NCBI GenBank assembly: GCA_964658305.1
Contig: OZ210885.1
Coordinates: forward strand, 9,176,001-9,240,000
Source of the DNA: Leptogorgia sarmentosa
Taxonomy: Eukaryota
Direction: 5' to 3'
DNA length: 64,000 nt
The first letter of the stretch is position 1, and every line of letters begins with the position of its first letter. Positions 1 to 14,614 of the stretch are shown here, piece by piece. The translations under genes were made by a program, and so were the position numbers. The notes below the pieces were generated by a model. That model saw nothing but the letters and a program-made list of their open reading frames with translations. It made no database searches and had not been told where the DNA came from.

Positions 1-354
1 TGTTAATATGATAATAATGATGTGTCCGACTATCAATTGAAGTAAAAAAAATTAGCGTCGCCGCCGCTATTTCCCGTTTCGTAAATCGACAGGGTCACCA
101 GTTACAATTTAGTGTTTTCAAATATAAAATTTCCGTCAGTGTAATAAATGAACGTTTCCTTGCCGTGGTTTTCAGCGAGCTAGCTCACTTCCGCCCTGTC
201 TTTTAATAAATTTCAAAACATTTTTTTGCACCCCGTAAAGTAGCTATTTTTACTGTTTAAATTTAGACTATTACAGGGTTAAGATTAGGTTTAGCGTTCG
301 TTTTTAGTTAATTTTATAAAAAAAATTACTGATTACTGAATTAATAATATAAAA

Positions 355-1016
355 TTATTACTCGACTGTGATTGGTTCATTTCAGTGCAGTTAATCCTAA
401 ATCACAGTGCATGCATTTTTTGTTATCACAGTGTAATTTTTTGTAATCACAGTGCAATGTTCTGTAGTCACAGTGCAATGTTCTGTAGTCACAGTGCAAT
501 TTTCTGTTATCACATTGCTATATTTTGTAATTACTTTGAACCAATCAAATTAGAGTTCAAGCTACAGTTTTCGTCAAAACAAAACAAACATGGCGGCCGC
601 GCTAAACAAAGTAAAAATTGCCTTCGAGTCGAAAATATAGCTTTTATCTTTTTTTATTACAGAAAAAACTTTATCTTAAACAAGACTAAGAAAAGTTTCG
701 TGCTCGGGTGAATTTTTGAAACCGTTATCGCTGTAAAATGTGAAATAAACTAAGCAAGAAAACTCTGCTGGTGAAATTTCGCTTTGAGACGTAAGTCATC
801 ACTACAATTGTCTCGAATACTTTTATGCAAACTATTAACAAGTAATAGTATGGTTTCTCGTGCAATTTGGAATTAACATACACTCGTGAGTTTTCCAATT
901 CAAGACCTCAAAAAGCACTCGTCCTTCGGACTCGTTCTATTTTTAGGTCTTTGGAAAACTCACTCGCGCATTTTAATTCCAAATCGCACTCAAAACCATA
1001 CTATAACCTATACTAA
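355..1016 (+). mobile_element. Non-autonomous dispersed repeat with long 3' hairpin (about 843-1010) and internal ~21-bp tandem repeats; second copy at 40216-40733
   Basis: Near-identical to 40216-40733 (tattactcgactgtgattgg ... aaaccatacta-t-acctatact); imperfect palindrome centred on ccttcgga. Confidence 0.75.
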
Positions 1017-1409
1017 ACGCCGGATGTTACATACGTGAAAAGTGGTGAAACTGGCTGTAACAGATGACCCTGGCTGTTCACGAAACAAAAAACTGCATCA
1101 CCGCCTGAAAAATTAATTTGTAACACAGAAGTCCGACCTTGATCACACGCGCATAATGTTTCAAGGAAGGCAACACGTGTGAGAAGAACAAAATTGGTCA
1201 GTTTGAACAAAAGAAGCCTAGATTCTTCGCCGCTGTACACGCAAAACACGAAAACTGTATTTTCGATATATTTCATTTACTCATTCGAAGGGGGAAGGGA
1301 GGGGGGGGGGCGAGTCTTCAGCATTAAAACTGTACGGCGTCAGGGATTTTCTCTCCTGTTTCCTTAGTGTAAGGCCAGCGAAATTTGTCGACCTCTATTA
1401 GAAGCATAC

Positions 1410-1892
1410 CAAAATAAAATATTTGACCATCATGTACTGGAGTTGTCACTAATCCAATGTAGTGGAGCCGTAAGCTGTGACTGTAAGATGCTTCTGCTCG
1501 CCAAATTTCAAGAAAATCTTTATTTTTTCCTTCATAATAAATAGATAATCCTCCGTGGGAGGTCTGTGTTATAGCACGATAGATACTCTCGTTAGGTTTC
1601 TGAGCACAAGCATTCGTGTCCAAACTGACTGAGTCCACGAAGAGATAAAACATATTAAGATTATAACCAGAACCATTTCTATTAAAAGCAGCGACGCAGC
1701 CCTGCCTTTCCAAGTTCAACATGGCACCATTATCGCGAAACCGAAACTGAGCTGATGGATGGAGACAATCCGGTTTGTAGTAGGAAAGTCTGAGAAATAG
1801 CAAGTAACCCCAACCTCCTCCTGATTGTGTCACATCTGTGTTCTTTAGACAGTATCCTCTGTATTTTGCTCTCACAAAGAAAGAAGCTGCAC
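1410..1892 (-). CDS. Internal coding exon of an uncharacterised, probably secreted Cys-containing protein (possibly lectin/beta-trefoil-like)
   Basis: Open frame GAASFFVRAKYRGYCL...QIFYF between acceptor ttttcag at 1893 and donor gtatgc at 1409; phase 1 at both ends, matching the signal-peptide exon. Confidence 0.6.
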
Positions 1893-4800
1893 CTGAAAAT
1901 CAATAATTTTCTTGACATATAGTCTTCGCTGGCAGTACAAAAAATTATGCACGTCATTAGTCTAAAGTTGTTTTTAAAAAGTCGTTTTTTTGTGACCTGT
2001 GAACGAATTCTGCAATAGTGCTATTGGATGAAACGCCATAACAAAGAGCATTATTGAAAATCACATGCTCAAGGTTATAACGAAAACGAAACTAATCAAA
2101 TTTTAGATAATACATGCAATGTCTAAAAAAATGAAAATACAAACAAACTCGTTCATCCTTATCTTGAAATATGAGAATAGACGAAGCAACAACTTTAACA
2201 ATTTTTATCGAGTGTAAAGTTCCTGCTTGAGAAATCTATAAAGCTTTTCATGACAGTTGTATGAAATAATATTTCAGTGTGCGACTACAAAATCGTGCAG
2301 CATGTTAACAAATTGCTTTATTAAAATGTTCCATGAAAAAAAATGCGTACAGTATTTTGATGCAAAAGTGAGAGCGGATTAATATATATATTAAACGCCT
2401 CTGAGAATTTATTTTCGCGTTTTGTGTAGAAATGGTATAAATTGCCAAGAATGAACTCAGTTTCTCCTTCTTAAGCTAGTGTTGAAAATTTCTCTTTCGT
2501 TGTACATTCAGCTTTTGTATGTACGTCTTTGTAACTGCGGAACACTCACACCAGTCTCTAATCCATGAATATAGCATTACATATAATTATATAGTGTGAA
2601 TAAAAAGACCCGGATTAGACTATTTTCCTTGCTCTCTGTCTCGTATTTCTTTATCTGCTTATCCTTCGATAAAAGAAGTGGGTGTGCAAGAAACTTAGAT
2701 TCCTAATATTTCCTTCGGGAGTTGAGGGTATAATTATTTGGAAATACGTTTTTTTTTCGTTTCTTGCAGCCCAAACTGGCTAACTATTGAAGTATATCGT
2801 AACAACGTGGCGATTGTTCCCCGGCTATTTACTATTCACGATGAAGGAAAAGATGCAGTCATTAGTTTATCAGCTCTTATTACATTACTACCAAAAGGTA
2901 CCCTCATTAACTAAATTCAATTCGCAAGATTGCAAAGTTGGAAAGATCGAAGTAGCTACATTAGTTTTGCCATAATGCACAGCAGTTTGAAATCGTTTTG
3001 AAAAAAATTGTTATACGCTGGAGATCTTTCAATTACGCCCATTAGAAAGTGGGGTATTTTTCCTTGTTTTAAATTTTTACGTCATTAAAATTTTTCTTGG
3101 TATCTTTTTCAACTTTTTTGGCAGATCTACGCAATTCATTCTGATAAGATGTACAACCGTCAACTTTTCTGTAATCATACATCATGCAAAGCTGCGAAAA
3201 TAATGAAGCACATAGGGGCATTGTGGTAAAGCCTGGGTGACGCCTTACAAAATCGTAAAATGTCATGCACATTGTTTTGAAAATGGGGAAAAAAGTCGGT
3301 TCCATAGGCTGGTCTTGAGTCGTGGTGTGTAGTATAATTTTTTTCTTTATTTTCAAAATGATTTGACCAACAAATGAATGAGGTGGTGTCGTCTTCCACG
3401 TGCGGCAGGCGAAAGGCAGTTCATACCAACTCTGATCAACAATCCCATACATTCTATGTCAGTGAGCTTATAAACATATCCTTATTCTGCAGTTCAGAAA
3501 AATACTGATTCTCTAATGGTGTCGAGCCAATTAAACAAATGGAGGATTTGGTCACCTCCATATTACAATCAATTGCAAAAAGAAAAATTTTTTGTGATTG
3601 TTCGTTCATACATACACCTCGTCAGGTCGAGTTAGGATTCTTCAAAGGACGTTTCCGGAGTTATTTAACTGGGTTTTGAATGATGAAAATCGTGCTGCGT
3701 GCCAACCATGAAGACAAGATTTGTCATTCGTTATATTATTTAAAACTTTTCTTTGTCTTTGTTTTGCCGCACCATGTTTTGAAGAACTGCTTTTGGCCAT
3801 CTGTTTGATTTCTTAGCCTGTAATGCAATTTGGGTCCCCTAATGCGCCCTCCCCCGTATTTACTTTTAAAATGTGTGCCTTGAGGTATATAAGACTGCAC
3901 GTGCAGGTAAGAGCTGGAAAGAGACAGAGAAACTTGGAGAAACGTTTGCATTGAGACACAAAACAAGTTCGTTGACACATCGTTCAGGGTTTTTCTTCAT
4001 ATAAATGTTCGGCTTGGCCGTGTTGAATATGCTTTTAAATGACAAACGCCATTATCTCAAAATATCAACAAGTTTTCCATGAAAGGAGTACGAGCGAAGA
4101 TTTTTCTCAATAAGCTATGGAGTATATTAGATAGCAAATATAGCAACATGGAGATCAATTACATCAGTTGTAGTATTATGCTAGTATGACTATTCCAATG
4201 ATTTTTATTCAGTTCACCCCTTTCGAGCGGTATTTCATTCGCACAATAACTTACGAATGAAAAGGTAGATTTTAAGGGATTAAATGCATATTTTTGTCCA
4301 TTATTTTCAAACTTTACGGACAGATTTACAGAAATTGAAAATACAAATCATTAATAATTTCCATGGCGGTACAAAAACAACAAGAAATGCTTCTTAATTA
4401 CTCGCGAGATACATGTAAGAAATAGTTGCATATTGTCGGTTTTTATTGGCAAATTACAAAGGCACAGCTAGTCCTCTCTCACAATATAGATCGGGTAACA
4501 ATTTAGCGAGCAGACAAAACAAATACTTAGAATTATTGGCTCTTAAGTGGTTAACATCCTGGAAATATGAAAGCTCTTTGTGGCGGTTGTGATCAAATGA
4601 CACTCAAGTGTGAGTAGAAGAATTGAATTCAAACCGCAATGCGTATCGTACACGGTTTATTGATCTGAATTTTCCTCTAGTCTTTAATTAATCATCCAAA
4701 TCTGTTATAGCTCTAAGGACCAATTCTGCTGCATGGATTTAAAATCCTGGAAAATGTACTGTAAGTTTACTGCATAAGTGCGCGCACTAAACCTGAATTC

Positions 4801-5397
4801 AAACGATCTGATATCACCTTATGTACAAAATACAGCGCTTTAATGTAGAAATAGTGTATACATTTAGTGTGCAACTACATTATTATTTATTTGCCCATTA
4901 CATTATTATAGTTTTAACAATATGTAAGTTGAAAATGTGGGTTTCGAACTTATATAAACATACACCTAAATTTCTAATTTTCAGTGGTTTGCCCAGTACA
5001 TGAAGAAACGGTATTTTTTGTTGCTAATTATAACTCATTTTTTCAACATATTTCAGCTGATTTAGCTCATGGACAAAGACTGATTTTTCATGGATGAGGA
5101 AAAAAGGCTTTTGAGGGAGCTAAGTAATCAAAATTTGAAAAAGTGCAAAGTTCGTCTGAGAAATAGTTGTATAGTGCAGAAGATATAGTCCTGCGAAGGT
5201 GGTAAATTTGTATGCATTGTTGAACATACATTTTACATACTCAATACCGAAGTACTTAACTATGCATTTCAATTTGCTATACTTTCTGTATTTTACATAA
5301 CTTGGCAAACTGACGACAATGTGTAATTTTTTTAATATTCACCACAAGTTGTCATAAACATGCACAACAATTAAACATGATAATCAAACACGCTTAC

Positions 5398-5455
5398 CTT
5401 TTAGCAAGAAAGGAGCAATAACAAGTATCATCAAATTAAAACGGTCGCGAAGCAT
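5398..5455 (-). CDS. First coding exon with signal-peptide-like sequence MLRDRFNLMILVIAPFLLK(G)
   Basis: ATG at 5455, hydrophobic stretch, strong donor G|gtaagc at 5397, phase 1 compatible with exon 1410-1892. Confidence 0.5.
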
Positions 5456-5999
5456 CTTTGCTCACCAACAGACGGAAGACGAAATGATTCAGTGTATCGA
5501 AAGGAGAACAGATAAATAATTGGACAAACAGTACCTGGCGTGTAATTGTCAGCTTTAGACCAATATGGGTGTGTACAAGGATATTACATCATCCTTTGAA
5601 AAAGCATTTTGTTTTCAAACGTGCACACATGGCAACCCAAATTGTCCTCGTTCAGAAATTTACAACATATCTACATTATGAACCACTGAGAATACTCATT
5701 AACTAGCTTTCTTGTATATAGAAACTTTTGATTTATTTGGGAAAAGCTATTTTTCATCATGATTTCGAGTATATTCAATACGCGGAGGTGTTGTTACATG
5801 CTGCGTTGTTAAAGCTGCCGACCTCTGAAGAATACCTGTTGGGATATCTTTATAGACTATACAGACTTCATGCCTTCTTCCACTGAACAGTTAAATTTAG
5901 TTCATTTAAAATGATAAACTTTGCTAACTATAGTATAGCGCTAGAAATGCCTCAATTAAAACTAAGAATTGTTCTTCATAACTTCATTATATAATTTTT

Positions 6000-6330
6000 C
6001 GAACGGTGTGATTTAGGTTAGTATTTTTTTATCGGTGACGCTATACTCAGCGTGAAAGCTTCTTAGATTTAATTAGCGCTCAGCAAGGTTGGTTTATAAC
6101 AATAGAATATTATTAACTGCCCACTCATGGTATAGCCAGCCATCAACATCCGATTTCGTTACAGTCGGAAAATTCTTGTATAACAGGATATTGCATAACC
6201 CATTAAAAAAACACTGTGTTTTCACACGTGCATAACCGTCATTACGGTATCGACAATTATATTGTGTTTTTCGAATTGTATCATTTCTCTAACTATACGA
6301 GTAAAATGTTAATGAACATGGTGATATACA
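6000..6330 (+). repeat. Locally triplicated ~250-330-bp non-coding segment, copy 1 (others about 9430-9720 and 10380-10620)
   Basis: Shared blocks gacactatactcagcgtgaaagcttctt and aaaattcttgtataacaggatatt...gtgttttcac in all three. Confidence 0.7.
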
Positions 6331-9300
6331 AGCATAGATATTCAGCGCAATCGAAACCACTCGCATATTCAGTTCATAATAACAACGACAGCTATAAAAA
6401 CGGGAAATGCTTCATCGGTTTTGCTTCGAGTTTTACTGTCAGTTATTCTTCGGCTTCTTTTGTGCGTTTTAGTATTTGACAATACATCACTTCAATTGAA
6501 CTTCGTAAAATGTTAGATAGTAGGTATGTCAGTTTCTGAACCTCATTCGACCGGAGTGCTTTTTTATTGATCATCCAAGTTCTCTGTTGAAAAAATAATC
6601 ATACTGAGTCAGTAGTCCGTTCTTGTTTACAATAAAATTTCTCTCGGATCGCGAGTAACACAGAATGAATAATAAATATTTGTATCATATCATATTGACC
6701 CTAATTCGTTAAGGACAAGGAAATACTAAGGCTCATTGACCTTCTAGCAGCCGGTGATATACGCTCAAGTGTACGTACTATATTGTGTACAACAAATACA
6801 CTAAAGAAACCACTTAAGACCCTTATTTCCATTTTCCTGTCTACAAAATTTGACTACATCGTAGAATGGTTAATAATAAACATTTTTTTAACTTCAAAGA
6901 ACGATTTCTTCGGTTAAAAACAGCTGAAATTGCAATGTATAGGTTAATATATTTCGTGCACTGAACTCTAGATTCGAATGATCAGATAGGACTTGCTTTA
7001 CAAAATGCATTGCATTAATTATTGTTCAGTGTAGCGAAACAAGTTCCCGTGTGGCCATATAATTGCAAAAAATCCGAGTAAAATGGCTGTGCGAGTACAT
7101 TACCACTAAATAAGGCGAGATTATCAGAGGATACTACATAATACCTTAAAAAATATGAAATTGTAAATAGTTCTATATAATGTGTTATTTCATTAGAAAC
7201 GAGGTCTCCAAACGCAAATGCCCTAACTCGCAGGATTCCTAATCTAATTTAAACTGAATTACAGAAATACTATTTTCTGTCAACATACTTTACAATTAAA
7301 CTTCGCAATCTGTACTGCAAGTAGCTACTGCAATGTAACGCAAGTTGTCCATTATAACCACGAAAACTTGTGAAAGTTATGAAAACTTATTTATATCAGC
7401 AAGGAAACGATAATGAGTTGACGTTTGAAAATTAGTTGACGTAATGAAACAAGAACGATAAAGATAATAGAACGAACTATGCATCTTTATAGTATTACAG
7501 AAGTGGGTGTGTGAGTGATTAGAAGTGTGTAATTTTGGAGCGTGCATATACCTGCCAGCAAAAATTGCCGCGTTCTCGTTTACAACCTGCCTACGTCGTC
7601 TGTTTACACTTATCTAATATTTATCGATAGTAAAGGACGTGTCCAATCGTTTGTTCACATGCAAGAAACTTCGCAATTATTCAGACAAAGGTATCTTTAA
7701 TTGTTTTGTCCTCTGGTATACGCAAAACAAGGTTGTTATTACATGTAGGGTGGTTACGGTGACGATTTCTGAAAACTATAATAATTTTAGAACCAATTGC
7801 AATGGGGATATTTACGTATACGAACTGCTTCACTTCTTTCGTTGACGAATGGAATTTAGCTTCACTTAGGTCAAAAATTCGGAATAAACTACAGTATAGC
7901 CTATAATTCTTCCGCACATTTGCAAACTAAGGCTGATGAATTGTCCTTTTTAATTTTATATGTTAATCTGTCAAATATAATGCTATTTAGTCTATTGGGG
8001 TTTTGTTATTCATGACACTATACACAGGAAAGCAATATTGGTTTATACTGGAATATCATTAACTGTTAAATAGTAGTGGGCGATTCAACATCCACTTGAT
8101 CGGCTCCTCGAGTTTTACACAGTTGCTAAGCATATTGATAAAAGATAAGCTTGTGAAATAGGCGGTGCAGTAACAATATCATCATCAACGTGGCCGTGTC
8201 ACAGGATATTAAATAATATTACGCTTTTTTAAAAGATGATGTAATATCCTTTGGAATACCCTCAATGGTAATTATATATCTGCGTCTCACACCTCATGCA
8301 GTGCTTATCAAGTTATTTATGTGACTTGTATCGATACATTGAGGCAATTCGCCTTCCGTCTGATGGTATTAAGAAGAGGTATTATTAAATGGCCTTTCAA
8401 AATTCTCTATTCTGATTACATGGTTGACAAGCGGTCCGAAAAACCCATATTCCGACAGTGGTCCGTGTTTTCCGCATCTGGATCGGTGCCCCGGTTGTCG
8501 TTAATTTTTGCTTTTTAATATTGCAATTGAGAATTTACAGATAAAAAATTTAAATTGTTTTTTTTTGAACATGTATGTCCACCGTATACTGTGAGTGAAA
8601 CTATTGATAGCCTTTTTAATTCGCGTGAAAAGCATATGCTCAAAACCCAATTCAGATATAGGATAAACAGATTGTTAACTTTGCCTGTTTGGTATCTGTA
8701 CTGTGAAATATCAGACCTATGAATTTTAAATTTACCTCGCACGGTCCATACTAAAAAACCTCGGTCCGATATTTCAAAGTACTTGGAAGTAATGCTTGGT
8801 ATTCAGTTTTTTCAAAGATGCTTTTTTTAACTTTAGAGTGTTCTTAAAACACGAACATGCATGTAATTTGCTTATACACTCGAGCTGTCTCCCAAACAAA
8901 CTCCATATTTCGCCATTTTTTCATTCAGTTTATATTATTTGTATTTGGCCTGAACCATCGAAAAACAACAGATAAATTATTCGCACATATTATATTACCA
9001 AAACTTTGGTATAAGCCACAAAAACGTAGCTTTATACAGCATTTTCCATAAAACGTAGCTACCTTTACACTGCTTTTTTATTGGAACGTAAAAAATGGTT
9101 TAATAATGGTTAAATAATGGTTTAGAAGACGTTTTGGCCTGTTTTTAATGCTGTTTTGAGCAGTTTTCGTTGGGATTTTTTATCAGTTTTTTCATATTGC
9201 TTGTGCGTGTTTTTCTCACGGTGTTTGGTGATTCCCCCAGAACTTTGGCCCGCGTCAGGTCGCAATAGGTATTGTTGTAGAACAACGGCATAAATGGTTC

Positions 9301-9429
9301 TTTTACGCCACACGGTTTCAGCCATACTTCATAAGTCCAAGCATGTTTATTAAAATAATATTTATATTCTCAAGCCTCAAAGAAGACTAATGAGAACTGA
9401 TCTTTGTTGTATAATCTATATCATTCCAA

Positions 9430-9720
9430 CAGTGAGATTTGGTCAAGCATTTTTTTATCGATGACACTATACTCAGTGTGAAAGCTTCTTCTGTATAATT
9501 AGCATGCAGCTAGCACGCTAGAAGCTATCGCTTCCAGTTGAGAGTCATAAATATCCTTTTTGGTTTACAGTCAGAAAATTCTTGTATAACAGGATATTAC
9601 ATAACGCATTGAAAAGAGCCGTGTTTTCACACATGCATATTTTATAGACAATTATATTATATGGCTATATTGCGTTTTTTCAAATTTTATATCACTTCTT
9701 CAATTATGGAGTAAGAATTA
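9430..9720 (+). repeat. Locally triplicated segment, copy 2
   Basis: Aligns by eye to 6000-6330. Confidence 0.65.
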
Positions 9721-10379
9721 AAGTACTTCCAACGCATTATTAAAATTTTAGAAAAGTGTCCGTGTCTGGTGATTGAAACTTAAGACCCACGGAAGCACGA
9801 AATCAAATTAGATGAGCGATTAATAACTTCATTATCGATGTCATCCATCACTGCACATGTAGCAACATTTACCACCGATATAATGGCTTCAAACTTTACC
9901 GTCTTGAGCAAGCAAACGGTTCGAAATAAACCTATTGCCTGCTTCCGCCTGTGATAAGCTAGGCTTCGAAAAGTGAATAGATAAAGATGATGGTTCGAGT
10001 CAAGCATCATTGATTTATCATGAAGATTTCGAGTGTTACACTGTCAGCTGCATATTTGTTATTTTGGTGAAGAAGATAGCCCTATGAAGTAGGCGGTGCT
10101 GTTCCAATATCATCCCCAACATGGGTGTATCACAGGATATTATATAATCCATTAAATTGTCCTGTTTCAGACTTATATGTTATTGACAATATTATATATG
10201 TATGTACCTATCGGTAAAACCATCAGCAACACTTATTAGGCAAACAGTTTTGTGAGAAACTATTTTGTAGGATGGTATTAATCAAACCAAGCACTTTCTA
10301 TTTGAATGCAACTATAGTTCTAGCTTTTTTATCATCTTGCTTCATATGCTTATAAAAGAGCGGCAGCTATTATCATTTT

Positions 10380-10620
10380 TCAAACAGTGTGATTTAGTTC
10401 ATATTTCTTATCGGTGACACTATACTCAGCGTGAAAGCTTCTTAGATATATAATTAATTAATTACCGCTCAACAAGGCTGGTTTATAACAATAGAATATT
10501 ATTAACTGCCGCCTAGTCATGGTATAAAGCCATCAACATCGGATTTCGTTTACAGTCGGAAAATTCTTGTATAAACAGGATATTACATAACCCATTGAAA
10601 AAACACCGTGTTTTCACAAA
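10380..10620 (+). repeat. Locally triplicated segment, copy 3
   Basis: Aligns by eye to 6000-6240. Confidence 0.7.
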
Positions 10621-11719
10621 TGTTCGTGGCTTGAAATGATCGATGAACGATATGATGTTGTGGTGGTTGAGGTGACTTGATAATGTTGGCAAAACCTGGG
10701 TTCATTTGTGTTGTGTGTGAATGCCAAGACTAGAGTGATTGCCAATATAGAGCCACTCAGGCCTGGTCCCTGTTAGTTTTACGTTTAAAACTGTTAGTTA
10801 TGTTTTCATCAGGCTCCAAGCATAACTGGGAAAGCACGTTTCCAACCTGCTAGCTGGTCTTGAAACGACGTGCTCGCATATTGGGTGTTCGGTTTAACAC
10901 AATGTGGTTGGTGTATTTATTTTTCGTTGACGAGTGGTGGGTGGTTTTACATAGTGATTTGTGTTTTATTGTGGCTTCATGCCAGTCACAAAGCCTCCAC
11001 ATTTGTCAAGCCAACAAATATCGTTGCATTCCGCCCCTTATATGCTGTGCTGTCGGGATGTTCCTCCTTGACGATGTTACCTATTTTTTACTTGTCTAAT
11101 GCCAGACGAGTTTACTGGTCAATGGGGAAGCTCTGCAGCCTAATGGATTAAGCAGCCTGGAAGATTTAACTGTATATTTCATTTTACATTAGTGATTTAC
11201 ATCTTTAATTTGGTTTGTAAGCATGAAGTTGCACTGTTGCAGAACAATTAGGACTACTTGAACTTGATGACGACTTCTTCTCTCCTGAATTTAGAGCTGC
11301 CCGTTTGCAAATTATCCCATATCCAGAATTTGTGGAGCCAGCTGAGCGCTCAGCTGCCTTTGTTTATCTTAAAACAAACTCTCAAATGCCTAATTTTGAA
11401 TAACTTTGAAGTTCGTTACCAGTACTACTGCGCGTCTTTTTTATGAATACACTGTAGGTATTTTTCCATGCATGTTCCAATACTCCCTGAGGTTAGGCAG
11501 ACCCACTATAGGATTGACCTCTCAAATTACAAAATGTTTCTTCTCAATTTAAATATCTGTCTGTGTAGAAATGTGCCTTGTTAATTTCTTGTCAATTGCT
11601 TCTTAGTCAAACAATTTCTTGACGTCTAAAACACACAGGGTTGTCTGCTCACCAGGGGGTGAAAATAAGTGAATGTTGATGTTAATGGTAATATGTAATC
11701 AATCCACATGTTAAGGATT

Positions 11720-12035
11720 GAAAAAACATCCGCTAGGTATTGGACTTGTCTCCACTTGCGACGTGAGTAATTATCATTCTCTGTAAAGATACCGGGGGGC
11801 AATTCTGGTCCCTTTCGTACACATGAGTGCACGCAATCGTTCGTCGTTCATTATTTGTTCCCTCGTAATTGCGTTCAGAACTTTCCTTAATGTACGAATA
11901 CATCGCTCCCAGCCTCCCCGACACCTCCGTGGTGAGATGCTCTGGGTTGGTTGAAAATCCATTTAACATTCCTTTGCGTCAAGAACTGGTTCCACGAGTC
12001 TATTGACATTCTCAGCTCTCTTCTCCGCCAACAAA
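11720..12035 (-). mobile_element. BEL/Pao LTR retrotransposon relic (end of integrase plus DUF5641-like region), frameshifted
   Basis: Translated pieces [20 protein letters not shown] and LPPGIFTENDNYSRRKWRQVQYLADVF are typical of the BEL/Pao pol C-terminus. Confidence 0.75.
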
Positions 12036-12036
12036 G

Positions 12037-12440
12037 GTAGGCAGGTAGGTAAAACTTTATTTCAACACGTTAGCAACTTAAGTGGGACATGCTTATTTAT
12101 AAAATTACTACTACATACAAACATTCTTTAAAAAATATACAGTTAGCTATATAAGTTAATTATTAGGTATTAGTCAGGCTGGCATTGGAAATTTAATTAT
12201 TAAATATGGTCAGAGATTCACTATTCCTTACGTGTTCAGGTAAGGAATTTCACATTATAGGTCCTCTAAAACTAAAACATTTTTTGCGATATTCAGTTTC
12301 CGGACGCGGAAGATAATGAGCAGTGTCGATCGGACCCTGGTAAATTATAGTGATGAATACTATTAGACATAATTAGAATGTCGCGTAGTTTTTTTGGTGC
12401 CATGTTATGCAAAATCTTATACATAAGTCTGGCTATGATT
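12037..12440 (-). mobile_element. 3' end relic of a CR1/L2-type LINE
   Basis: Degenerate FSFRGPIM*NSLPEHVRNSESL (RT C-terminal motif), then aataaa and short (ctac)n-like tail. Confidence 0.6.
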
Positions 12441-12882
12441 TAGGTGTGCCCTTTGTTCTTGAAAGGTATTCCATCCAAGAATACCACGGGCCAAAACTGA
12501 TGGACCATGCTCGTTTTTGCAATTCATTATGATTATGGCACATCTGTTATGAAGCTTCTGCAATCGGTTTGAAATTTATGTTATGCAAAGTCTTTAAAAT
12601 TTTGGCCTCGAATGTAAACATGATTTTTTTGGGGAAAACTCAATGAGAGGAGATTCTGTTCTCGGTGGTGGTGGCGGAGTGTTTAAAGTGACAGATTCAA
12701 GGTCCAAGTTTTCCAGCTACAAAATCAACGGAAAGAAGTCGCGTTTTTTATTGTGTCAAGGTTATGAAACATGCCAAGAATGATTTTCTATTTGAATGTA
12801 ATATTGAAAAAATAGAGGTCCGCGAATTGATAATAACTGCGTTTGAAATAACATGTACGTAATTAACCTAGTAGAGTACACA

Positions 12883-12954
12883 GGGAGTGTAGCTCAGTGG
12901 TAGAGCATTCGACTGCAGATCGAGAGGTCGGTGGTTCAAATCCGCCCACTCCTT
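12883..12954 (+). tRNA. tRNA-Cys: tRNA-Cys(GCA)
   Basis: 72-nt cloverleaf GGGAGTG..., anticodon arm TTCGA-CTGCAGA-TCGAG, intact A and B boxes. Confidence 0.9.
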
Positions 12955-13879
12955 CTTATCATACCTATAAACTGGAAAACTTTCAAATTCTTTAAAGCGG
13001 CCTGATGTGAAATATGCGACCCAAACGGTTAAGATCATATACTACGATTCTTGTTAAATATATCCACTAATACTTGAAAACGATTAGTCATAAACGATGA
13101 CTATATTTGAATTTTCGTTCGAGTAACAGTTTTTTAGACACACATATAAAGAAGGATTCGGCTGAGTAACCATGGAAACCGTGCATATGAAGTTCATATG
13201 TTTGGAATCAGCAAGTGATCTTGTATCATATGCAACCTGAGCAGTCCAAAGTATCTACAATGAAAAATTTCAATCATATTGTCCCAGGCCTTTCTTATCA
13301 CGTTGTTGGTAGTAGCTTTTTTTTCAATTAACAGATATGAAATGCTGCAAGCAAATAATCCGGTTCTTTCCCCCGAAATTTCCAGTCATTTCCAAACATT
13401 TAGGGGTAAGGCATTCAGTGTAACCCATTTTAACATTTTTAATGGCCAATTACATCATAGGTAGAACAACAAGCCGCACGCATGACGTAACATTCAGTAG
13501 TATAATATGATAAGGTTGGCAAGTAAATAATAATATCACTCGCTACGGCTTAAAATAAGTCGAAAAAATCTACGTCCCGTAAACAAACTTGGCTAAAAAA
13601 TAGCAGGCCCTGCTACTAGGGGCAATCCTATTGGTGGGCTGTTATGTCGGGTTTTTTATAACCAATAGGATCGCGTATTCGTCATTTCAAACGGCAATTT
13701 TTGCACGACAACAGGCATCCAGCATCGAGACACGGCAAATTCAAAGAAACATTTAGTTTTTTTTCGACTTTTTCTCTCGTTTTGTTACCAGAAAACGTTG
13801 TACATTTTTAGTAATACTATCCTCGAAGTAGGGGCGGCTAGATTATAGAATACCCCGCCACTTTTGAAACTATGACTTG

Positions 13880-14207
13880 TTATCATGATACGAAGATACG
13901 AAGTGAGAATAATGACGTAATATAATAGTAAATCCTAGCAAGCTGAAAGGTCCTGGGCAAGGTATATTTTTTCGTGATACGATGATACGATGATACGAAG
14001 TGAGAATAATGACATAATGTAATATAACCGAGTATTTAAAGGAGTCTGGGCAAGGTATATTTTTTCTTGATACGATGATACGATGATACGAAATGAGAAT
14101 AATGACGTAATGTAATATAACCGAGTATTTAAAGGAGTCTGGGCAAGGTATATTTTTTCGTGATACGATGATACGATGATACGAAGTGAGAATAATGACG
14201 TAATGTA
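13880..14207 (-). repeat. ~93-96-bp tandem repeat, about 3.5 units (left arm; inverted relative to 15765-16880)
   Basis: Repeating caaggtatattttttcgtgatacgatgatacg units spaced 93 bp. Confidence 0.85.
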
Positions 14208-14614
14208 ATGATGATGCTCTCATCTCTTTCGAACTTTATGAACAAAAATACGAACGCCCTTGTCACAATGAATCTCCCAACACATTAAGCGGCTGTTGGC
14301 CAACCAAGGCCATCTAAATAATAGTCAAGTAAACGCACAAAAATAAACATTTATTGTACCTTATGTTAAAAATTTATTCACTCATTCATACCTTAATAAA
14401 ATGTTCTCGTATCCAACACAAATCCACGTTGTACTGTGTGTCACTGTGTCCGGCCAGCAAAGTTTGCTTAAATACCTTTACATACATGCGCGCTCCAATG
14501 GACCATTTCAAATTGCTATAAAACCATTGTCCTGGATTCAAAGATGTTTTTCATTCGTACCGTGTATTGGTATCATTACACGCGGCTTACGTATGTAAAT
14601 GTAAATATTCCCAC

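Noticed and set aside
385..711. 108-aa ORF with HSAMFC repeats
   Set aside because: Lies within a dispersed repeat; periodicity comes from ~21-bp tandem units mostly absent from the copy at 40216
3069..3452. 127-aa minus-strand ORF
   Set aside because: No recognisable motif or convincing splice sites; at best decayed coding sequence
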